Shown piece by piece: positions 51,001-64,000 of a stretch of DNA of 64,000 nt. The notes beneath the pieces are model-generated. The model was not told where the DNA came from. It saw only the letters and a program-made list of their open reading frames with translations, and did no database searches. Source of the DNA: Phoronis australis (lineage: Eukaryota > Animalia > Phoronida); NCBI GenBank assembly GCA_002633005.1, contig NMRA01000265.1, positions 302,906-366,905 on the forward strand, written 5' to 3'. Position 1 is the first letter of the stretch, and the number at the start of each line of letters is the position of its first letter. The position numbers and the translations under genes were made by a program.

Positions 51001-54000
51001 GATTAAGGACAAAGGTGTGTTCAATTGTTAAATGATTTTTTCTAGCCACACCTGCTCATTTATGGCCTTTAGCTTATTGCATTTTCGCATGTAATGTATC
51101 TTGTGAAATGTGTTGCACAGGATATTTTCCGCCTCATCAATTAACCTTCACTTTGGTTTAACAGCCTTTTCCTTTCAGAAAAAATGTTTAATGTAAAAGT
51201 CCAGAAAATACACACCAACTTTAACTATGGTCCATCCGTCTACAAGCAAATTGCTGAAGACATCGCGGGAAAGGAGATTGGTATTTTAGGTGAGCTGACC
51301 TGGTTGTCACTTGGACATTTGAGTCTTTGACAGGCGCCTATAAGTGTTCGATGAGTGACTACACTACTTGTCCAAACAATTTTAATCGTGCAATTGGAAA
51401 AACACAGTAGAAGGCTTGGGTGGTGACTTCAAGTACGCTTTATTTGTCAATACAGTTGAACAGTGTAACAAGCGACTTCTCAGAATCTTATGAATGGTTT
51501 GTTTTGCTAAAGTGTGCTGTAATCAAATCCACTGGATCCCTTCCTTTGGCTGTGTGATGGCCAGAATGATTCAAATTACTTATCGTTTGAGAAGAAATTA
51601 AACCACATTTAGGGAAATGTCACAGCCAGTATGTTCCAGGAAAGTGAGTATTGAAAACATATTCATAATTATATCATAACGAGTTGCATGCAGGCTTATC
51701 AACCTGCTGAGTTGTCCCATCATGATAATTATGCTCTCAGCAACCTCTGTCTGCTATAGGATATACTGTAAGCACTGTACGTTTTGACATAGATCCCAGT
51801 GTTATGTGGGGACAAATTAAGATCGAAACCAGACACAAAGTCTGTCTTTCTTAAATCTTGGCAAACTGCAGATTGATTAATAAACGCCTAATTAAAGTGA
51901 CAGTCATTGATGTATTGATCAGAGGAAAGTGACATAGTTTGAACTGTTGCAAAACATTTGTGTGTTAGCAGCATTGCTAGAAATCATAATTTCAAGCATT
52001 TTCTGGAAATTATACAAAGATTCTCCACTTATTTTGCCAAAATTTTCATTTTCCCATTTTTCAAAGGCTGATTACTTTACTGCAAATTATGGAAATTTTG
52101 CCAAAAGTTGTTTTATGATATCTACCTAATACATACAGTACCATGCAATAGAACTAAAGTTGCTTAATCTTTATTTTTGTTTAGAAATTTGACAAAATAA
52201 AAAATTTCATTTGTCGGCCATATTGTGTGCTAAATAAAAGAAGACTCACGGTCCATGCTTCCTCTAAAAGTTAAATATCTTTGGGAAAATTAGGTTCTCA
52301 GTAACAGAACTTTAATCACTGTAATTCAAACATAGATTACTTATTGCACTATATACATGTAACCTTCACCACTTGCTTTTCAGTGAACAATGTCGGAGTT
52401 ATGTATGACTACCCTCAGATGTTTTTGGATGTTCAAGAAACGGTGAGTGAAGCTGTGCTCCTTAGTGTTCCCAAAATAAATGTGGGCATAACAGTTATTG
52501 TATGTAGGTGCATATTGCTGTCATCTATGTCTGGGCGTCTGGGCATCCGGCATCTGCGGCTGTATCTCATAAACCCATTGCAGGATCTTATTGAAATTTG
52601 GCAGGTGTGCTCTTATGTGACAGCAGATGACGACAAGTTTTGAACCAACCCGAACACCTCTGTGCCCTCTAGTTACTGAGGCATTTTCAGTTTTTTACGG
52701 TTGCTTCTGTATCTTGGGAGCTGCTTGACAGACTTCTCGATGATGCCATTCCATTTTTGGACAGATTCAACGAGTTTTACCCCCTCCCCTTTGGGGACAT
52801 TTTTGTTTTTTTTGTGTCCGTTTTCTGGTGTCTACATCTCTATCAGCCATACCGCTCAAAGGATCCTGAGAATTTACAGATGCGTTCATCTCTTTTTTAT
52901 CATTATTTTGTCTTTATTCATGCAAAAATATTTATTTCAGTTAAATTTTACAACACAAAAAGTATTTCTATCACACAAGGCTGTTTATTCATGGAACAAT
53001 ACAACTATACAGTAGGTGGAAAATTTTCCTTTTTTGGCCATTCCTAGCCCTGTTTCTGGCGTCCACCTCCCTCTCTGCCATACCACTTAAAGGATCATGA
53101 GAATTTAAAGATGCGTTCCTGATGAGAAGGCCACGACTGAAGTTGACTTTTGGTCATGTCTGACTACTGTGTCCAACATTGTGATTAGTGATGATTTTGT
53201 TTTTGTTTGCATCAGGCTGAATCTCCTTAACTCTTTGAAGGAGCTTTGTGAAATTGGAACATGTGATCCTATGAAGCCAATGACAAATTGTAATAAATCT
53301 TGGGCTAATCCAAATGCCACTGTGCCCCCTAGTAGCAAAATGTTTTTTACATTTACTCAGTTCGTATCTTAATTTGTATCTTAATTACCTATTATCTTTG
53401 GAGTTCATGAATGTAATTTCAATAAATTCGGTTTCTGTTAAGCAGTCAACAACAACGCCTTCCCATTTTCGGACAGATTTGATGTTTTCTGTACCAGATG
53501 GTGGCCATTTAAAACTTTTTGTGTATGCTTTAGGCATTTGCCTTTCTGTCTGCCGAATCACTCGAAGGACGATTATAAAAATCGACTGTTGTGTTTCTAA
53601 TCCGGAGACTCTAGCTGATGTTGATTTTCGGATGTTTTTGACTGTTCTAGTTCCCCTACGGGCAATTTTGCTTTTTTGCATTTACAGCTGTATCTCCTTA
53701 ACCCTTTGAAGGATCTTTCTGAAAGTTGGCAGATGGACTTCTGTAATGATGGCAACAGATGGCGATGAGTTTCAGATCAGTCGAGCTATAGCTGTGCCCC
53801 TAATGTCAATTGTTTTTATGTTTGCCTCTGTATCTTAGGAGTTCCTTGGCTTATTTAATGAAATTTGGCAAACATTTGTGTTTTAAAGAGATGACACCAC
53901 TATCTCAATTCGGATTAGTTTGATGCATTCTTCGCCATCTAATGGCTATTGTTATCATGGTACTAAAAACACTCGTAGAAGCACACCGTTTGCAATGCTA

Positions 54001-57000
54001 TCATGGCACATTCCAACGCTCTACGTTGCTCTTGTTCCGAAGTAGATCTTGTCAAGGGCCATTAGAAGTATGGCACTTGTTTTTTGCTAAGACTTAGTTA
54101 TTGGAAATTTTCGGATGACTGCTGTCTAATCTCTATTTTTCAAATTTTCAGAGGCTTTGGCAGCTGATCAACGTTAATGTCACAGCTGCTACCATTGTGA
54201 GTATCATCTAGATTACATATCCTAGCTTTCACATTTGCCCAAAGTGTCTGCATTCCATAATATAAGACAATTGCAAGTCACTTGTGGAGTGGAGTAGTGA
54301 TTTTTCTTTCATCTTGCTGTCATAATTTAACATTCTAGCTTCTCTGAACAATCTTTTCAGTGGCGGCCATTTTACTGCTCTATGCAATAAGGATCAATAG
54401 TTTACTCCCAAGAACACTGTCTTGTCTTTGACTCTTGCCAAAGTTGCACGAAATGATAACTATTGTCATATGGGAAAATTTGTGTAGGAGAAGCTCATTA
54501 GGTAATGCCCTACTTTGAGTGTTACAATTTCATAGTGGCGGGCATAAATACCACCGCACAGGCGCGTTCCTCGGGCACACATTGAACCTCACCTTGATGT
54601 GCTCCAGTTAATTGTTATCAGAAAACAAGTTTTTATTCTCAGCCACCATATCTTGATACTATATCCAATATATGTAGTCATGGTATTGTTCACAAACACA
54701 CAGACATACTTTGAAATCACAGGGATCTTGATAATTTTTCAGCCAAAATCGACGACTCTGTTCGTAGAATGTGTCTTCTATTGTCATACACACTGTGTGG
54801 TGTACAGTCTTCAAATCCACTTGACCTACCTTCTTAGCATCGAAAGGCTACAATTGTCAAAAGTAGTCTTGCCAAATAACCCTGGATGTTCTTGCTGACA
54901 TCGGAAATAGAATCCTATCTGTGCATGGAGTGTTTTGAGACTGATTTATGAGGTGATATGAAGCTGCTTTAAATGCTTCTAGCTTCTTTCAGATTATGTT
55001 TTGAGAAATGGTTGACATTCAGAACAACGCCAGGAGCCTTTCAAACAGATTTTAGGAATAACTTTGCCCAAGATTTAGATTTCACATTATTCTACAGTTA
55101 CGATTTTGCTAAAAGATGACCCATTAATCGTCATTTTTGCTGTAAATGAAATCGGCTGCCATAATGTTGATGTTAAAAAACAAGTTTTTTCTGTTTATTT
55201 TTCATGTGCATTGTAAATTCCAGGGAATTGCAAGAAAAAATATCAACTAATCGGATTTCCGTTGAATTTGTTAGTCTGGGGTACGCTACAATTTTTTTGT
55301 ATCTTTCTGTTGAAGACTTGATACAATCTCCCTCTTGATAGAGCTTAGTGGAAATGAATTGTTCGGTATTTTTGTGTGTAACAGGGGAAACAAATAATGT
55401 GGAATCATCCTCCAATAATGTAAGATAACGTTAGCTGTATCCAGATTCATCAACTCACCTACACTCATCAGTATTGCTTGGTTGCACCAGGGACTGACTG
55501 ATCATTTAGCCGATTCAGGTGTCTTGTATGACTATGATTCACATTTCAATGCTATATAAAACTCCCTGTAAAATCTGTGATATATTCGATTTTATAGATT
55601 GACTAAAGTTGTCCTTCCAAAGGCTCTGAGGTTTGTCAAAAACATTGCAGTTTCTGTTAGTTGTGCAATGCAATTCATTTCTGCTTTGTAAACACTTAGT
55701 TTGCTAGTTTATTGACCAGTAGAAATTAAAAAGCAGGGGTCCATTCAAACAGTTGACTTAAAATTACACTTTTGGTCTAAGATTTCAATACAGAAGATTT
55801 TTTCATTTCAATAAAAACATTTGAATTGAGGTTTGTATTATGTCAATCTTTTAAGTTTTCAAAATGTCTGCCATTTAAAGTTTTCCACAGAATTTAATCC
55901 AACATATTAAGTTTATTTTCCCGTTTTTCCATGTAGCGTAAAATTAAATGATAATCCACGTTCACAGCTACCATCAAACTATACAAGTTTTGAAAAGTTG
56001 TAGGTATTCACGACAAGGTTAGAAGCCTTGAAAATTCAAAACGGGCATTTTCGGCTGTTATTTTTGTTCAAATATTTCACCATAGTGCTTTTAACCATGG
56101 CAAGCAATAGTTTCACACGGATGAACCAATGAATGTGACCATAGCTCAGTACTGTTTATGCAATCACTTTGTGTTGTTGAGGAGACAGCTGCATTCAGTT
56201 CACCAAACGTCAAGTATTAAAGCTGCCTCTACATACAGAGCAGTACAAAACTGCTTAGAAAATCTGGAGATGAAGTTATAGGTTTTTCAATATGATGTAC
56301 ATGTATTTAATGCACGATGAACAGGTGCAAAATATTTGCCAAAAGTCCATCAGGTTTGATATATTTTTGGATACATATAGTGCACTTGATATTGAATTTA
56401 TCGATGCGAAAGTTTCGCCAGTTGTGCGGGACATGGACTAAATAATTCCTCAATCACATGTTTCACCTTAGTAAAAGTGAAGGGGTGGCACTGTGGCTAT
56501 AGTCCGTCACTAATGCACTGTGGCTATAGTCCGTCACTAATGCACTTGGTTGCAGTATGAAGAATTACCCCTCTAATGATTATTCCGAAACTCTCTAGGG
56601 GCAAAAAGGTACACTTCATGTCTACTTTGTTAATGATTTTCACAGTTACTAAATATAGATCGACTGAGGTACTGCCGTGATCCAATACTGATTGTCCATG
56701 AATTGCTGAAATTCAATGAGATTTGTGAAACCAAATCCCTGTTCTGTTACAGCTAACCCACATGGTCTTGCCTCAGATGGTGGAACGAAAGAGAGGTGCC
56801 ATAGTGAACGTGTCGGCAGGATCGTGCTCAGTACCAACACCACAGATAACTGTCTACTCAGCCACGACGGTACTACATACTCAGATTTAGAATTGTACAT
56901 GCCCATGTTTAGACCGGTGTTCCTGTATGGTAATCTTCGCCTATATCTGAAATTAAGTGGCTGCGCCTATATGTGAAACACTTGAGCAGACACAGAGGAG

Positions 57001-59313
57001 CAAGTTTTTTGAAATTATTAAATTTGTGAAGCTTGATTACATTGTATCAGTTTCAAAATTTAGCTAATGATATGAGTGGGTATCCTTAGGCGTACATCTG
57101 TTCACGCCCTGACTAAAATGTTAGTATTTTCACTTGCACGTTTGCCAGTAGCAAAAATGCCAGTAATGTGAATGGTTGCGAAGAGGTCTGGGGGTGGTGT
57201 GTGACAGGATGTTAGAATTACTTCGGGATTTCTGGCATTTTCATTATAGAACTATTATAGCCCAACTACTTACCTCAAGGGACACACATGTGCTGAGAGG
57301 GTGTACCGTTGTTTACCATTGACTTCATGGTGATCATGAAATATGCTTCCAGAGATTCCTGCTTTAAAAGTGAAAATAAAATAATACTTGCAAAAATGAA
57401 CCCTATGCTTACGGCACCCTGGTGTGGCTAAAGCCGTGACATGAAATGGTTGTGATGTAAACTCAGGAAGTTCAGAGACTATAAATTGGAGACACCTTTA
57501 TAACCGATTTCACACTGTTTGGGCTATTGTTCTGTTAATGAAGGCGGACGTCTTGTTTCATTGAGAAACTTTTCTTTATGCCATCAGCTTAAAGGTGTGA
57601 AATCAAATGTCATCTGCAAAACAAAGAATTGTAGTTTGCCCAGGAATTTCGACCAGCCCTAATGACTGTGCTGGCTAATCAGGACAACATGTCATGATAA
57701 GAAACGATATGTGTTATTGGCCTGAAAAATTGCCTGTATCGTCACTTTGAAATATTGCTAGAAAAGTTTTCACTGCTGGTGTGAACTTAGTAAAACACTT
57801 TTTGACAGTCAATTCTGATGTACATCTGAGCAGCTGTAGTTTAAGAAGTGAAAAGTGCTGTTGATTTTTTGTTGCAGGCATATCTCGACTACTTCTCTCG
57901 TGCTCTCCAGTATGAGTACCAGCAGCAGGGTATAATTGTTCAGTCCCTAGTTCCTTTCTACGTCAATACACGCATGACACGGTACATGGCCTCCAAAAAT
58001 GACAAGAAAGCTGGCGGCTTCTTTCCTTCAGCGGATGTATACGCTCGACATGCTGTGAATACGCTGTGCTACTCGTCGAGGACCACGGGCTACTTTCCAC
58101 ATACAGTTCAGGTATTGAGCACAAATTTGTGAGCCTCGCTTTGGATTTTAATGTCCGCCGCGTGAATAGAGTCTATGGGGGCACAAATTTGTTGGACACT
58201 TCATGAATATGTATATGTGTCAAAGATCACTACTCTGGTCATAGCTAAGCTGTTGTTGGAACTTTTTTGTTAAGGCAACGCTGCATTCTTACAAAAATGA
58301 AACATTGCTGTAAAACATGACCGAAATTCACATTGTAGCCAATGCTCTCCTTCATAGATATTGTTAGTGAACTGTTTTGCATATATGAAAACTAATTTTA
58401 CAGCTGTCTTAGCTTAAACCAAGTGTGTGTCCTTTCAGAGCAACTGCCATGCTAGAGAGCTGTGAGCTGACATGACTTGCTTTCCAGCACATTACACTCT
58501 TAGATTCTTATGCTGTTGTGACTGGCTAGACGTTCTATGTAACTTCTGTGGGGAGTTAAATTGCCTTGTACTGTTATGTTGGAATTAAATGGGTAGTTAC
58601 ATTTTTATTAAAACAGAATCTCAGTAAATTGCCAGGTGTAAAAATGTTAGAATTTGTGATGAAATTAAATCAAAAGCTGAATTCATGACACAGCTTTAGC
58701 TGTCACTTTTTTCAATGCTGCGTCGCCCATGTTATACCCTAATTATAAATGGCAGGTGACCTCTCACTGTAAAAAATTCAAAACTGGTGAGTTTATTTGT
58801 CTAAGCATCAGATGAAAATATTTTAGGTTCTACTTTGATTTCCACACCTGTATTGTGTGTCTTCAAACCACGTATTTTTGCAAATCTCTAAATAATCTCA
58901 TCTGCTTGGAAAATTTACATCACTCTCAGAGCAATGTTGCATGTCTGATTATGACTGTTGTCTATCTCCATTTTCTAACTCACCCAGCTTGTGGCGCTGG
59001 GCAAGTGGCACCATCTAGGGGGTCAGTTGTTTGGTAGACAAACAATTGCCGTTACACAAGTACTGTACCATTCAGAATTTCTTGCTTAAGTAAGTTTTCG
59101 TTCATGTTATTCTAGTTATGGTTGCTGAATATCATCCCAGAAGGTTTGTGGCTGTGGGCTGCTAGTAGACTCAACAGTGCCATCAGGAGGCGGGCCAAAC
59201 AAAGCCCGCGTCGTCGACACGAGTCGGCAATGAGAAATTCGGCTTCGTATAATTCTTTCAGTGAGAGCGACAGTGGAGGAAATGGGCCTGGTGACCACGT
59301 TACTGTGACGTAG
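44874..59313 (+). CDS. HSDL1: Hydroxysteroid dehydrogenase-like protein 1 (SDR, 17beta-HSD3/12 family); 8 coding exons, 365 aa
   Basis: join(44874-45084,50094-50216,51179-51289,52384-52442,54152-54196,56753-56869,57878-58111,59116-59313) = 1098 nt, all GT-AG and in phase. Motifs [26 protein letters not shown] and [24 protein letters not shown] resemble HSDL1. Confidence 0.9.
45257..47090. repeat. Inverted pair of about 460-bp diverged repeats in HSDL1 intron 1
   Basis: About 45257-45725 aligns by eye with the reverse complement of about 46631-47090; the ORF-track peptides at 45304 (+) and 46669 (-) are also similar. Confidence 0.8.
45878..46088. repeat. 17-bp minisatellite x12
   Basis: GGTAAAC(A/G)GTTTTCCTT; the first four units have A, the remainder G. 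Confidence 0.95.
50094..50216 (+). CDS. HSDL1: HSDL1 exon 2 (Rossmann glycine motif)
   Basis: [41 protein letters not shown]; TTTTAG| acceptor, G|GTAC donor. Confidence 0.92.
50846..50996. mobile_element. Small MITE in HSDL1 intron 2
   Basis: Perfect 19-bp TIR GGCTCTGTTTCATGAAACT / AGTTTCATGAAACAGAGCC; CT on both flanks. Confidence 0.75.
51179..51289 (+). CDS. HSDL1: HSDL1 exon 3
   Basis: [37 protein letters not shown]; TTTCAG| acceptor, G|GTGAG donor. Confidence 0.9.
52384..52442 (+). CDS. HSDL1: HSDL1 exon 4
   Basis: [20 protein letters not shown] (NNAG-type motif); donor |GTGAGT. Confidence 0.9.
54152..54196 (+). CDS. HSDL1: HSDL1 exon 5
   Basis: [15 protein letters not shown] (conserved Asn helix); TTTTCAG| acceptor and |GTGAGT donor. 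Confidence 0.88.
56753..56869 (+). CDS. HSDL1: HSDL1 exon 6 (active-site region)
   Basis: [39 protein letters not shown]; phase-0 donor |GTACTA. Confidence 0.88.
57878..58111 (+). CDS. HSDL1: HSDL1 exon 7
   Basis: [34 protein letters not shown]...[10 protein letters not shown]; TTGCAG| acceptor and |GTATT donor. Confidence 0.92.
59116..59313 (+). CDS. HSDL1: HSDL1 exon 8 (terminal)
   Basis: [26 protein letters not shown]...VTVT*; TTCTAG| acceptor. Confidence 0.85.
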   Translation, partial: LWLLNIIPEGLWLWAASRLNSAIRRRAKQSPRRRHESAMRNSASYNSFSESDSGGNGPGDHVTVT

Positions 59314-61106
59314 TTAGATGTCTGTGTCGAAGCCCAGTGAGTTTATCTAATGACATTCTCCTAAAAATCATATGTTGGTTGCCCGGTTTGCATATAGGGA
59401 TAACATGTGCAAGGTTCAACCCTAACTTTCCCCAGTTTCACAGGAAGTGGACGAAACAGTAAAACTAAGACTTGAAATGAATATCAAACAAATGATTCCA
59501 ACCGAGAATATTGCCCATTTAGTTGAGCATATGTATTAGGCACTGCAAAATTTCGGGGAGGAAACTTGTGAATCATTGTCAGCTAGTCACTCAGGACTCC
59601 AATGAATCTGGTCAGCAAGGGAAGAATTTATTAAATTTAGCCGTATAGTAGTTGTTGTGCTCAATTGCGTAAAAGGTGTCCTATGTGATAAGATTTGAAA
59701 TTCATTCTCTTCGTGATCATTTGTGGTCCTCTTTGAAATGCCTTTCAGTCCAAATAATTACCCGTCCTCCATCTGAGAATCTGTCAAAATGCAACGTGAT
59801 TGCAGTCCAGGTTCACATTTGCTAAGTAAGAAAATGTTTTGATGTTTTTTACCTCATGAGAGCAATGAAACCAACTCCTCTTGAGAAATGACCTTGACCT
59901 TTACTTAAAAGTTCGTAGTAACTGTTTTCCATATTTGAAGGCCTGACACATGCCTATTAACATGATCCAGCCTTCGTGTCATGTTTCTGTGCAGTTGTAT
60001 CATGTGCCCATGTATTTATTGTAAGTGTAATTACTGTTTAGGCTTCCATCATTGTCCAGATTTGAAATGCTTACAATGCTTACAAGATAGCCTATTAGGT
60101 CTTCTGCTTTAGTTCCTATAACTGAGTGGGGCTGTGAAAACTTTGATGTAATACACATCGTAGTGATCATCATTGTCGCCATCCTCAACTGTCCTCAATA
60201 GTGTCCGATTGTGAATTCAAATTATCAGAAATAAGAAAGTAAGTGATGCAGTAACTGTTGCTATGAGTTATTTTAATAGCACCACACTCTTCTGCATGAT
60301 GCGCTAGATTTTGATGACTAGTAACCATAGGGGGAGTGACTGATGTCCCGTGGGCACCACAAACTTGACCAGGGCCAATTATGGTATGATCTCACCAAGT
60401 GATGGACAAGTGAAATTTTGTGTCTATCATTTTTCCATGTGAAGCACCAAATAAAAGCTTAATGGTGTTTAAGCTCTGTACCATATCTGCCATTGGACAA
60501 AATTTGGAGAAGTCTGGGCATTTGCAACAGTGTTAGAGGTTTTTGAGAAACAAAAAATATCAGCTTTGGAAATTCTTTTTATCTGAAAGAGGCGAGAGTT
60601 TACAGTGTCATATTTTGATTGACCTGTGCCTTCTGTCAGACAACTTATTTTGTAACTTGTTGTTGTGAATTCTCTCCGATTCTGTTCCATCCGCATATTA
60701 AACGTGATTTCTAGACTTGAAAAGAATTGACCGATTATTGTTGCTTCAGTCCACGCTCATTAACATGCTTGTCACGGTGGTTTAGTTTCAGTCGTCAAGG
60801 GAACATCCTGGCCTCCAGAGAAATTCCAAGTGATTTTGTTTGTAAACAATTTCAATTCAAGCAGAGGATGAATAATTACCCATGATGCTTTGAAAGAGTA
60901 CATGTACATTCGCCTTTGAAGAAGGTTGAGTCTACGTGTTACTTGTGTTGCTAGGTTTGATGAGCTTCGATTCTCTAGAGTTAGCTTTGAGCTGGTCATG
61001 AAATACATATTTGTGTAGAAAAAATGTTACGAAACTGGTGTTGTTTGCTTCTGTTATGTGCTGTGTGAAGTTGTTATTGTGAAGTTGTTATTGTGAAATT
61101 ATGTGT

Positions 61107-61112
61107 AATAAA
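61107..61112 (+). terminator. Candidate polyadenylation signal for HSDL1
   Basis: AATAAA in a TG/T-rich context; an alternative AATAAA lies at 60450-60455. Confidence 0.35.
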
Positions 61113-62326
61113 TTATTTTTATTGAACGAAGCAGTTCTCGAGGGGTATATTGCTGCACAATTGTTGGCATTTGGTGGACATGTGTATCTAGGCTATACCT
61201 TCTGTTTGTGAGTGACTTTTTGACTCGTTATGCGTGGTCCAAATGATTAGATTCTGAAAATAATCCGGCAAATGTTACGACCGTTCAATGGTTGTTATTA
61301 TGAAACTATGGAAGAGCCATCAGAATCGTTGAGAACTATAAACACAGGTGACGAAGATGAAAAATAAAAATAAATCCTCTTGTTACTGCTAGTTTGACAT
61401 TTTACTGTGAATTCTCAAAATTTTTTCAATCTTTTTGCATTTTTACTCATTTGTAAATGTCCACAACTTTTCAAATCATACCAAACATGGACCAATACCA
61501 AGGGTCATATGGACTGATTGAGAACGATGTGTTGTTACATAACCAAAGCTGCTTCTTTCCTCTGATTTTTTTTTCTATTAATAACAATTAATTAGCATGT
61601 TCTTATATGCTTTGTTGTTTTGGCATTGTTTTCTCCCTTTGTGATCGGGTACCGATATTTGTGGTTTCTGCAGTGTATGGTTGGTCAGCAAATAGCGACA
61701 TCCAACACCCAGACGGCATGAATGAAAAGTGATATTCCATGGCCACCTTGGTCAGTATTAATGTTAATGCAGTAATGTTATAATTCATTGAGTGAATTAG
61801 AAAAAAAAATAAGATTCCTTGTCCACTGTGCCATGTTCTAAATTGGCAAGATCGAATTAAGAGGATATCGAAACCAAAAAAGAGGAAATCTTAAAAGCCT
61901 CGATAGGAGTCCCAAAAATTTACTCACATTTCAAGAGTACCTGCATTGCTTATTGACTTACAGACAAGACAACTGGATATTTCATAGAGGTGATCAAAAA
62001 GCAACTAGTACTTAAACCAAACTAAATGGAGTGTTTTTCTTGAGAAGATGGTCTTTGCAAATCTTTGACGTCTGATTTTCCAGTAGTCGTTTGCTTGCCA
62101 TTCCCATCCATACATAATACATGAAGGATAGCGTGCCTACATTCATTCAGTAGGCCCGAGCACACAGTCCGACTCGGGGGTACTGAAGTGCAAGTATATT
62201 TTGGTACACCCCCTATAATACATTATCGTGTGTTCTCCACCCAACTGCATTTCTGTGGCAGCAATCTGAACTCCATTTTCTATAAGGTATTGGTGTAGAC
62301 TACAACAATTATAAGATCTAAAACAG

Positions 62327-62332
62327 TTTATT
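62327..62332 (-). terminator. Possible polyA signal of a convergent gene beyond the window
   Basis: TTTATT on +, followed by A/C-rich sequence that resembles a reversed 3' UTR; no coding exon is visible in the window. Confidence 0.2.
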
Positions 62333-64000
62333 TTTTACATAACAATGACACTACAAATGAGCAGTGTTTGCCTGTCATTGCAACCGCTTTTGGGATAAAG
62401 ATGCCATCAGCCTATATTGGGTCAGCCTCAAGGTTGGGCTAACGAGGCGGATTACAGAGATGGTGACATCGTCTGATTCGTTTGTACAATACTCAAACAA
62501 TTTTTAAAGAGGTAAAACCACTTTTAACAATCCCTTGATTCAACAGTTACAACGTGTATTCAAACAGGTACAATGAAGACTCTATTTTTGTGAAAATATT
62601 ACAAATTTACAATGGTCAAAGATGAATTAAGTAAGCAGTTTCTTTATGAATTGGAGAGGTCAAAGTTTGTTAAACTTTTCTGTGAGAGCAACACTCAGTG
62701 ACCATTTGTAACTGAACTGCGTACTTGACAGTTCTATTGTACATGTAGGCTTATTGCACAAAGTTAAAAACGGCTAAACGAACTATACAGTAACAACAAC
62801 CGAGAAAAACGGAACTTGAAACTACAGTGCTAAGTACCCTGCTTAGCTATTCCGTAGCAAAACCAAGGGAATTTCAAACTGGAAAAAATACGGGACACTG
62901 GTTATCTAACAACTTAAAACATGGTTTCTAATATCACTTGTGTTTTTGATCAAAATTTTATTTTAAACCAGGACAGCTAATGAGAAGTAAAGTTTCAAAT
63001 TGCTGAGGTGACAATACTAAGTAACAATACATCGAAAAAATAATCTGACAAAATGACCCAGAATACCATGAGTGGAATACCCCCATCGTGATGGCAGAGT
63101 GCAAGAGGAATTCACCATTGTTGTTGCTAGAATGGGTCATTAATAGTCGCAGTAGCCAAACTGTACTTTGTCCGATTACTTTTGAGGTGTACTGTACCAA
63201 GAGGTTTAAATAAGGCAACAAAATACAAATCCCATTGACATTGCTTTAAAAATGCATCTCATCATGTTGCTGCAGGGATACAGTGAGCAGGACATGTTGA
63301 TAAATTCGTTGACCTTGACCTTATATATGAACTAAACAGATTACAATGAAGCTTATTGGGTATTGCTAGAAATGCACAAGTTGTTTGCAACTTTTAATGC
63401 ACAGTTCAGGATTGCAGCCTTAAACTGGAAAGCAACCATTTTTGAAGATACCTTCATTATAAATGAAAATTCTTGGCTATCTTGAACAGACATTTTCCCT
63501 CTCTATTTCCCTCGGCATACATTCAGTATCCATGGAGCACAAGGAAGTGACGTTGACGTCCGCGTGAAAGGGTTGCGTTCACTTCTATCAAACAATACAA
63601 ATGATCAACAAGGACTGTGTTCAATTGCTAGTAGGACATTATCTTTGCACAATGAAGATGTATGCAGAACCAAGATGTGGGAATATTGCTGGGACATTCA
63701 GGTAACCCTTTATTGTTCATGTCACCTTTTATTGTTCCATGGATAGTAAACTAACACCATGGGAACAGCGATCAACACCAAACATGAGACAACCAAGGGG
63801 TCACTATACCTTCTTAATGTAACAGTACAAATGCTTGCATTCACTTTTAATACAATTGATATTTCTTAATACAATTGATAATTCTTAGAAAGAGTAATTT
63901 TGCAATTAAACTAAATGGTGCAGATAATAATTACTCTAATACGTAAAAACTGTACACGTGCCTTAGATTATAGGCAACTTAAATATCTTAATCAAAATTT

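Noticed and set aside
53118-53145. CTGATGAG hammerhead-like core
   Set aside because: No stem II and no GAAA partner.
52500-53950. Several 70-130 aa ORFs in HSDL1 intron 4
   Set aside because: They lie in degenerate repeated sequence (recurring CTGTATCT and GAAATTTGGCA motifs) with no protein-like features.

Overview
AT-rich, repeat-dense animal (probably invertebrate) genomic DNA; most ORFs in the supplied track are spurious because the real genes are split into short exons. I could assemble two spliced genes by hand. (1) An 8-exon plus-strand HSDL1-like short-chain dehydrogenase (CDS 44874-59313, 365 aa). Its catalytic Ser and Lys are lost (NVSA..YSATT) while the Tyr is kept, unlike vertebrate HSDL1, which loses the Tyr. 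(2) A minus-strand gene the ORF track misses, encoding a 63-aa secreted inhibitor-cystine-knot (knottin/toxin-like) precursor, MKNSVLIYGVILCLALVSA-KMVPASSCSPTFGP^CTEDRQCCTGRCVNVNMIMRTPSRFGKHCY (coding exons 19554-19456 and 15719-15627), with a possible decayed paralog nearby. The rest contains two degenerate THAP-domain (Kolobok-like) transposon remnants, several MITE families with readable target-site duplications (9-11 bp and 5 bp), fold-back palindromes (one with a Penelope-type hammerhead-like core) and minisatellites. No rRNA, tRNA or CRISPR was recognised. All calls come from manual reading; no searches were run.
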